A stretch of 64,000 nucleotides of DNA from Myxococcales bacterium (GTDB taxonomy: Bacteria > Myxococcota_A > Polyangia > Polyangiales > DASUME01): positions 1,824,001 to 1,888,000 of the forward strand of contig JASGJH010000001.1 in NCBI GenBank assembly GCA_047601445.1, written 5' to 3'. The number at the start of each line of letters is the position of its first letter. Within the stretch, counting starts at the first letter, position 1. The notes beneath the pieces are model-generated. The model saw nothing but the letters and a program-made list of their open reading frames with translations. It did no database searches and had not been told where the DNA came from. Of the stretch, positions 55,747 to 64,000 are shown one piece after another. The position numbers and the translations under genes were made by a program.

Positions 55747-56745
55747 GTGTCCGTTTTTCAACGTTGGTTCCCCATCGCGCTCGGCGCAGCTTGCTTACTC
55801 GGTTGCGGCGACGACTCGAATACGTCGCCCTCCGATGACGGCGGCACGGTGCTCGACTCGTCGATCAACCCCATCGAAGGCGATGGCGACGGCGATGTGG
55901 GCGACGGTGACTCCGGAGACGGGGACGTAGGCCCCGGCACCGACCATGACGCCAGCAACACCGACGCGGGCGCTCACCACGACGCTTCCGTGAATCCGAA
56001 GCCGCCCCATGACGCGGGCACTCCGACCCCCCCCGACGCGGGCAAGCCCGACACCGGAACGCCGAAGGGTACCCCCGTGTTCGTGGCCGTAGGCTACGCC
56101 GGCCGGCGCGTGCGCTCCACGGACCTGGGCGTGACCTGGACCGACGAAGAGTTCCTCGACCCGGCGCAGCGCGGCGGCGACGACGAGTACCTGCTGCGTG
56201 GAGTGACCTACGCCAAGGGCGTGTTCGTGGCGGTGGGCTGGAAGATCATGACCTCCAAAGACGGCCGCAAGGGCACCTGGACCGACCACACGATCCCCGG
56301 GCAGCAGTGGTTGGCGGGCATTCAGTTCGGCAACGATCGCTTCGTGGCGACCGGCGGCTACGGCTACTCGGCGCGCTCGAGCGATGGCTTGAGCTGGACC
56401 AAGGCGGGCGATTTGAACACGCAGGCCAGCCGCTCGCTCGCGTTCGGCAATGGCAAGTTCACGTCGGCCACCGATCAAGGCAACTGGTGGACCTCCACCG
56501 ACGGTGCAACTTGGACGCAGGCCAGCGGCGGTCACACCAACCAGGTCGCATACTGCAGTGACTTCAAGAACTACGATGACTGCAGCGGCACCTTCTCCGC
56601 CCGCAACCGCGCAGTCGGCGAAGGGGTCACCGTGCGCATCAACAGCAGCGGCCGCCTGGAGCGCTCCACCAATGGCGTGAACTTCACGACCGTCCTGAAT
56701 TCGGGCCTGGGATTCGAGGGAGTTTCGTTCGGCTACGTCGAATAA
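55747..56745 (+). CDS. Lipoprotein with GDGDGD/Pro linker and Asp-box (BNR-like) beta-propeller
   Basis: GGAGG SD, lipobox LLGC; repeats STDLGVTW, SSDGLSW, STDGATW, STNGVNF; FGNDRFVA/FGNGKFTS. Confidence 0.85.
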   Translation: MSVFQRWFPIALGAACLLGCGDDSNTSPSDDGGTVLDSSINPIEGDGDGDVGDGDSGDGDVGPGTDHDASNTDAGAHHDASVNPKPPHDAGTPTPPDAGKPDTGTPKGTPVFVAVGYAGRRVRSTDLGVTWTDEEFLDPAQRGGDDEYLLRGVTYAKGVFVAVGWKIMTSKDGRKGTWTDHTIPGQQWLAGIQFGNDRFVATGGYGYSARSSDGLSWTKAGDLNTQASRSLAFGNGKFTSATDQGNWWTSTDGATWTQASGGHTNQVAYCSDFKNYDDCSGTFSARNRAVGEGVTVRINSSGRLERSTNGVNFTTVLNSGLGFEGVSFGYVE

Positions 56746-56827
56746 CGTCGCCTTGCGCGTGCGCCCAGCGAACCTCCGGTGGTAAACCGTTGCTGAGACG
56801 GAGCATCACTTAAAGGCGGAGGTTCGC

Positions 56828-58230
56828 ATGGGCATGGCGCAGATCGGCGTCCTGGGACTCGGCGTGATGGGGCAAAACCTGGCCCTCAACCTGGCCGAGA
56901 AGGGATTTCGAGTAGCAGGTCACGACGCCTGGCCCGAGCCCGTCGACAAGCTGAATGCGCTGGCCACGGCGGCCCTCGACGTGCAGGGCTTCAAGGAGCT
57001 CGAGCGCTTCGTGACCGCCCTGGAGCGCCCGCGCCGTATCATCTTACTGGTGAAAGCCGGCGACGTGGTGGATGCCACGCTGGCGCGCCTGGTGCCGCTC
57101 TTGTCTCCCGACGACATCGTAATCGACGGAGGCAACGAATTTTACCGCAACACCGAGCGCCGCTCGGGTCAGCTCGCCAAGCAGAACCTGCGCTACTTCG
57201 GCATGGGAGTCTCTGGCGGTGAGGAAGGTGCCCGTCACGGGCCCTCGCTGATGCCAGGTGGCGATCGCGCGGCCTACGACGCGCTCGCGCCCATCCTCGA
57301 CAAGATCGCGGCCAAGGCCGACGGCTCGTGCGTGACGTACGTGGGCCCCGGCGGCAGCGGCCACTACGTGAAGATGGTGCACAACGGCATCGAGTACGGC
57401 GACATGCAGCTGATCGCGGAGGCCTACGACGTGCTCAAGCACATCGGAGGCCTCGACAATCGCGAGCTCGCCGACACCTTCGATGAGTGGAACCGCGGCG
57501 AACTGCAGTCCTTCCTGATCGAGATCAGCGCGCACATCTTGCGTAGGGCCGATCCCGAACTCCCCGGGCGCGACCTCATCGATAGCATCGCCGACGCGGC
57601 CTCCATGAAGGGCACCGGCAAGTGGACGGTCCAGGAAGCGGCCGAGATCGGGGCACCGGTCCCCACCATCGCGAGCGCGGTGGACGCCCGCGTGCTCTCG
57701 TCGAACCGCGAAGAACGCAAGCTCACGCGCGTGCTGCCGGGTCCCACACCGAGCGTGCAGCGCGATCCCACGCTGGTGAGCGACGTGCGTGCTGCCCTCT
57801 ACGCCGCCAAGGCCTGCGCCTATGCCCAGGGCTTCGCGCTCTTGAGCAAGGCCTCGCAGGTGCACGGCTGGAACCTGAATCTCTCCGAGCTCGCGCGCAT
57901 CTGGACCGGGGGCTGCATCATCCGCGCTCAGTTCCTGGGTCGCATCAAGGAATCGTTCCTGGCGCAGCCGAACCTGGCCAACCTGCTGCTCGCCGAGGGC
58001 TTCCAGCGAGAACTCGGGGAGCGCCAGACGCCCTACCGACGCGTGTTGGCGCGCGCCGTCACGGCTGGACTGCCGATGCCAGCCCACGCCAGCGCCCTCG
58101 CCTACTACGACACCGTGCGCCGCGAGCGCCTGCCCCAAAACCTCACCCAGGCCCAGCGCGACTACTTCGGCGCCCACACCTACGAGCGCATCGACCGTCC
58201 CGGCAGCTTCCACACGGAATGGAGCAAGCC

Positions 58231-58234
<4 letters not shown>
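56828..58234 (+). CDS. gnd: NADP-dependent 6-phosphogluconate dehydrogenase
   Basis: GLGVMGQNLALN, IDGGN, GVSGGEEGA, VKMVHNGIEYGDMQ, KGTGKWT, QRDYFGAHTY. Confidence 0.97.
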
Positions 58235-59829
<1,595 letters not shown>

Positions 59830-59831
59830 AC

Positions 59832-60581
59832 ATGCGACCTCGCATCGACGTCTTTGCCGACGCAGCCACCTTGGCCGACGCCGCCTGCACCCGTGTCGTG
59901 AGCTTCATCGAACAGGCTGTCGCGGCGCGCGGGCGCTGCGTGATCGCGCTCTCCGGGGGGTCCACACCGAAGGCCCTCTACACGCGCCTCGCCGCGCACC
60001 CCGAGTTGCCGTGGAACCGGGTGGAGCTCTGTTTTGGGGACGAGCGGCCCGTGCCTCCCGATCACGAGCAGAGCAACGCCCGCATGGTCCGCGAGGCGCT
60101 CACCCATCTCCCCTTCGTACCCGCGACGCACGTGCACCGGATCGCAGGTGAACTGCCTGGCCAAGAAGCCGCCCTTGACTACGAGTCGGTGTTGCGCCGA
60201 CTGTTCCCCGATCAGGACCTGCCACGCTTCGACTTGGTGCTATTGGGCCTGGGCAGCGACGGCCACACGGCCTCCTTGTTCCCCCACACCAGCGCGCTCG
60301 GCGAGCGCCAAGCCTGGGTCGTTTCGCACTGGGTGGAAGCGCAGCAGAGCCAGCGCATCAGCCTCACGTTTCCCGTGCTCAACGCGGCCCGACTGTGCCT
60401 GTTTCTGGTCACTGGCGCGGACAAGCGCGAAGCGCTGCACGCCGTGCTCGAAGGCACCGCGTCGATCATCGAGGTTCCCGCCAAGGGCATTCGCCCTGCG
60501 CAGGGAGAGCTCGAGTTCATGATCGACGAGGCCGCCGCAAGCCTGCTTTCGCCGGCACTTCGCGACGCGACGAACGCGTGA
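59832..60581 (+). CDS. pgl: 6-phosphogluconolactonase
   Basis: ALSGGSTP, FGDERPVP, DLVLLGLGSDGHTASLFP, RISLT. Confidence 0.96.
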   Translation: MRPRIDVFADAATLADAACTRVVSFIEQAVAARGRCVIALSGGSTPKALYTRLAAHPELPWNRVELCFGDERPVPPDHEQSNARMVREALTHLPFVPATHVHRIAGELPGQEAALDYESVLRRLFPDQDLPRFDLVLLGLGSDGHTASLFPHTSALGERQAWVVSHWVEAQQSQRISLTFPVLNAARLCLFLVTGADKREALHAVLEGTASIIEVPAKGIRPAQGELEFMIDEAAASLLSPALRDATNA

Positions 60582-60629
60582 TTTCGCACTTCTCAAGGCC
60601 CTCCGTGGGTCTTGTACGATCAGCGACAC

Positions 60630-62039
60630 GTGATCGACGTCGACGCACCTGCCACGGCGACGCCCGTCCCGGCGGCGCAAGTCCCAGCGGCCAGCGCCCG
60701 TGTGAGCAGCCAGCCGTCCACCCCGCAGGCCACTCCCTCGGTGGCGCACGCAGCCGGCTGGGAGGTCGGATCCCAGTTGATGGCGATGGCGCTGCGCCTG
60801 GGCAGCAACCTCATCCTCACGCGACTGTTGTATCCCGAGGTCTTTGGCCTGATGTCGCTGCTGCACAGCGTCCTGTTCGTGCTGGCGCTGCTGTCGGACG
60901 TGGGCCTCACCCAGGCCGTCATCGCGAGCCGGCGCGAAGACCGGGAGTTTCTGGACACGGTGTGGACCATCCACGCCGTGCGGGGCCTGGGGTTGTGGCT
61001 TGCGGCGGTCGCGGTCGCCTGGCCCTGCGCGCTGCTCCTGAACGAGCCCACGCTGCTGTGGCTGTTACCGGTGGGCGGCACAGTCTCCATCTTCCAGGGC
61101 CTATCCTCGCTCAAGCCATGGCTCCTGCGGCGCCGCATGCGCGTGGTGCCATTGATCAAGCTGGAGCTGCTCTCCAACCTGGTGCTGGCAGCGACCATGA
61201 TCGCGATGGCCAAGCTCGGCTTCGGCATCGCTGCGACCGTCGTCGGGCTGTTGGCGCAGAACGTGGTGCAGATCGTCGGTAGCTATCTGCTCCCCCTCGA
61301 GCTGCCCCGCCCACGGCTGCTAATCGACGCCACGGCCAAGGCGGAGCTCGTGCACTTCGGCCGCTGGATCTTCTTCTCGTCGTGCCTGACCGCGGTGATC
61401 AACAAGGGCGATCAGCTCCTGCTCGGCAGGCTCCTCGGCGCGGCCCAGCTCGGCATTTATCAGACGGCGCTCGCGCTCTCCGACCTGCCGGAGCTCCTGG
61501 TGGGCCGCGTGATCTCCAGCGTGCTCATGCCGGCGCTCGCCCAGGCACGACACGTCGCGCCCCACGAGTTCGCTGCCCGCTACTACCGCGTGCGCTCCTG
61601 GCTCGATCCGTTGACCTTCACCACCATCGGCGGCTTGATGGGCATGTCCGACTGGGTGATCGGCGTGCTCTACGACGACCGCTACCGCGGGGCCGCCCCC
61701 ATGTTGCGCTTGCTCTGCATCCGCATCGCTCTCCACATTGCCGCCACGTTTTGTGAGACCTGCCTGTTCGTGCAGGGCCAAAGTATGTTCGGCTTTCGTC
61801 GCAACCTCTTCGTGTCCGCGGTCCTGGTGGTCGCCATCCCGCTCGGTCACTACCTGGGCGGCGTGGACGGCCTGCTGTGGGGCACCATCGCGGCCCGCTT
61901 GACCGCCTTCCCCGCCCTCTGGCCTGCCGCCAAGGAGCGCGGGCATCTTTGGCTGCGCCGCGAGCTCCTGCCGCTGCCGTGCATCGGCGCTGGATACGGC
62001 CTGGGCAAGCTGGCCGTCTGGCTGCTGCCTCCCGTTTGA
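60630..62039 (+). CDS. Wzx-type oligosaccharide flippase (MOP family)
   Basis: LILTRLLYPEVFGLM, LSDVGL..AVI, GDQLLLGRLLG...LGIY; ~12 TM segments. Start uncertain (60612/60630). Confidence 0.88.
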   Translation: MIDVDAPATATPVPAAQVPAASARVSSQPSTPQATPSVAHAAGWEVGSQLMAMALRLGSNLILTRLLYPEVFGLMSLLHSVLFVLALLSDVGLTQAVIASRREDREFLDTVWTIHAVRGLGLWLAAVAVAWPCALLLNEPTLLWLLPVGGTVSIFQGLSSLKPWLLRRRMRVVPLIKLELLSNLVLAATMIAMAKLGFGIAATVVGLLAQNVVQIVGSYLLPLELPRPRLLIDATAKAELVHFGRWIFFSSCLTAVINKGDQLLLGRLLGAAQLGIYQTALALSDLPELLVGRVISSVLMPALAQARHVAPHEFAARYYRVRSWLDPLTFTTIGGLMGMSDWVIGVLYDDRYRGAAPMLRLLCIRIALHIAATFCETCLFVQGQSMFGFRRNLFVSAVLVVAIPLGHYLGGVDGLLWGTIAARLTAFPALWPAAKERGHLWLRRELLPLPCIGAGYGLGKLAVWLLPPV

Positions 62040-62198
62040 GCGAACCGACTCATCGTCGTGGTCTGCTCTCGGGCGCTCTCGTGCGAGACGCAGGCCGTGA
62101 ATTCGAGCGTTACTTACGGAAAAGGGTTCTAAATTACGCTCGAGGACGGAACGCACGGACGGTTGAGACCGTCTTGTGCGGAAAGGTCCGGTTCCCGA

Positions 62199-63659
62199 GT
62201 GCAGCTTGCGCTGAAATTGACCCTGATTCTGCTGATCGTCTTCCCGTGCGCGCTGATGGCCGGCATCCGCTTTCAGCGTGACCTGGAGGTCGAGTGGTAC
62301 GAGCAGGCCCGCTCCCATGATCTCGAGTCGCTGGCCATCGCCCTGCGCTCGGGGGTCGACCTGGCCTGGCAAAACGGTGGACGCGCGGGCGCCGAGGCCT
62401 TCCTCAAGCAGCAGAATCTCCAGGCAGAGCACGAGCTCTCCCTGGTGCGACTGGACCAACTCTCGTCGGCCCGCGGTGGTCGCTTGCTCTCGGAGTCGGC
62501 GCTGCGTGCAGCTCGGCGCGGTGAGCACGTGTTCTGGTCCGACCGCACCCACAACCCGGTGACGATCCTGTCCTACGCGTCCTTGGGCCTCGCCGCCGAG
62601 CCCGACCTGGGCCTGGAGATCGTGAGCCCCATGATCGACGAGGAACCCTATGTTCGGCGCAGCTTGCTCGGGTTCGCCCAGACCACGGGAGCCATGACAC
62701 TGATCGCGGTGTTCATCGCCGCAGCCATCGGTCACCGCATCATCACGCGTCCCCTGCGGCGCATCATCACCCAGGCGCGCGCGGTGGGCACGGGGGACCT
62801 GAGTGTCACCTTCGACGTACCTCAGGGCGACGAAATCGGCGCGCTGGGCGGCGAGCTCAACAACATGGTGCGTCAGCTCGCCGAAGCACGCGTGCAAATC
62901 GCCGACGAGACCGAGCAGCGAGTGCGCGCGGTGGAGGAGCTGCGCATGTCCGATCGGCTGGCCACCGTGGGCACGCTGGCGGCAGGCGTGGCCCACGAGC
63001 TCGGCACGCCCCTCCACGTGGCTGCAGGCCGCGCACGGCGTATCGCCGCCCTGGCCGACGTACCGGCCCAGGCACGCAGCGACGCAGAGGTGGTGCGCGC
63101 CCAGTGCGAGCGCATGCGGGGCATCGTGCAGCAGCTCCTCGACTATGCGCGTCGACCCTCCGGCTCACCGAGCTCGGTGTCAATCACGAGCAGCGTGCAG
63201 CGCATCACCTCCATGCTGGAGGAGATGGCGAACCGACACAATGCACAGATTCGTCTGCAGCTGAGCGCGGACGACCTCGTGCTGCCGATCCACGCCGAGC
63301 TCTTCGAACAGGCGCTGACCAACCTGGTGGTCAATGCCTTGCAGGCCATGCCCAGCGGCGGCGCCGTCACGGTATCGGCCGCGCGCGTCGAGCGGCGCGC
63401 GCGCGGCGCAGACGAGTCCACGCCCCCGTCCAGCTGGGTCTGCGTGGGCGTGCAGGACGAAGGCACGGGCATCCCACGGGACGTGCGCGATCGCATGTTC
63501 AATCCGTTCTTCACCACCAAGGAAGTCGGTCAGGGGACGGGTCTCGGCCTCTTCATCGCCTATGGCATCGTGCAGGAACACGGGGGGTTCATCGACGTCG
63601 AAAGCTCCGTGGGCCGAGGTTCTCGCTTCGAAATCTATCTCCCCTCCGAGGTCGTATGA
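62199..63659 (+). CDS. Membrane sensor histidine kinase (HAMP)
   Basis: Two TMs, HAMP (GDEIGALGGELNNM), H-box AHELGTPL, N-box NLVVNA, DEGTGI, FNPFFTTK, GTGLGL. Confidence 0.95.
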   Translation: MQLALKLTLILLIVFPCALMAGIRFQRDLEVEWYEQARSHDLESLAIALRSGVDLAWQNGGRAGAEAFLKQQNLQAEHELSLVRLDQLSSARGGRLLSESALRAARRGEHVFWSDRTHNPVTILSYASLGLAAEPDLGLEIVSPMIDEEPYVRRSLLGFAQTTGAMTLIAVFIAAAIGHRIITRPLRRIITQARAVGTGDLSVTFDVPQGDEIGALGGELNNMVRQLAEARVQIADETEQRVRAVEELRMSDRLATVGTLAAGVAHELGTPLHVAAGRARRIAALADVPAQARSDAEVVRAQCERMRGIVQQLLDYARRPSGSPSSVSITSSVQRITSMLEEMANRHNAQIRLQLSADDLVLPIHAELFEQALTNLVVNALQAMPSGGAVTVSAARVERRARGADESTPPSSWVCVGVQDEGTGIPRDVRDRMFNPFFTTKEVGQGTGLGLFIAYGIVQEHGGFIDVESSVGRGSRFEIYLPSEVV

Positions 63660-64000
63660 CAGCCCGTGTCTTGGTGCTCGATGACGACGCGGCGCTGTGC
63701 GATCTGCTGGCCGCCGAGCTGTCCGAGCTGGGATATCAACCCGTCTGCTTCAACCGCTCGCAAGACGCGCTGGACTTCCTCGTGCGCGAGTCCTTCGACG
63801 CCGTCGTGATGGACATCCGCATGCCCGGGCGCTCCGGCATCGAGGTCTGCTCCGAGGTGGTCAAGACGCGCCCGGACCTGCCCGTCATCCTGATGAGCGC
63901 ATTCGGCACCATCGACACGGCGGTGCAAGCCATCCGCGCGGGCGCCTACGACTTCATCACCAAGCCCTTCGAGGTCGAGACGCTCGACCTGGCGCTCAAG
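63656..64000 (+). CDS. Response regulator receiver domain, NtrC-like (3'-truncated)
   Basis: ATGA overlap; VLVLDDD, MDIRMPG, SAFGTIDTAVQAIRAGAYDFITKPF. Confidence 0.92.
   Translation, partial: MTARVLVLDDDAALCDLLAAELSELGYQPVCFNRSQDALDFLVRESFDAVVMDIRMPGRSGIEVCSEVVKTRPDLPVILMSAFGTIDTAVQAIRAGAYDFITKPFEVETLDLALK

Overview
This is a high-GC, densely coding chromosomal segment. It most likely comes from a myxobacterium (Myxococcota, probably Polyangiales-like). That assignment is inferred from a TIGR02266-type PilZ protein, AgmX/PglI-like C-terminal domains, several Ser/Thr kinases, GDGDGD lipoprotein linkers and sigma54-type promoters. Housekeeping blocks are moxR-DUF58-rsmA; nadA-prfB (programmed +1 frameshift)-lysS-lolE-lolD-bamA-skp-fabZ; thrB; gap-pgk-tpiA-secG; and gnd-zwf-pgl. 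The window also holds a heterodimeric ABC exporter, a flippase and a two-component system at the right edge. These are interspersed with exported HEAT/TPR/beta-propeller proteins and signalling genes. I saw no tRNA, rRNA, CRISPR array, transposase or prophage. The most notable observations are: (1) the bamA-skp-fabZ cluster lacks lpxD and lpxA, a possible sign of an LPS-free envelope; (2) a dispersed ~80-bp palindromic repeat family, one copy carrying a compensatory base-pair change; (3) repeated promoter-to-start geometry suggesting leaderless mRNAs from both sigma70- and sigma54-type promoters; (4) a long structured gap leader that can sequester its Shine-Dalgarno (SD) site; (5) a +1 frameshift near 6784 that hides the real C-terminus of a large lipoprotein; (6) a putative envelope-to-cytoplasm signalling operon (HEAT lipoprotein, SurA-like lipoprotein, roadblock-like protein, Zn-ribbon kinase). 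All product calls come from motifs recognised by eye; no searches were run.
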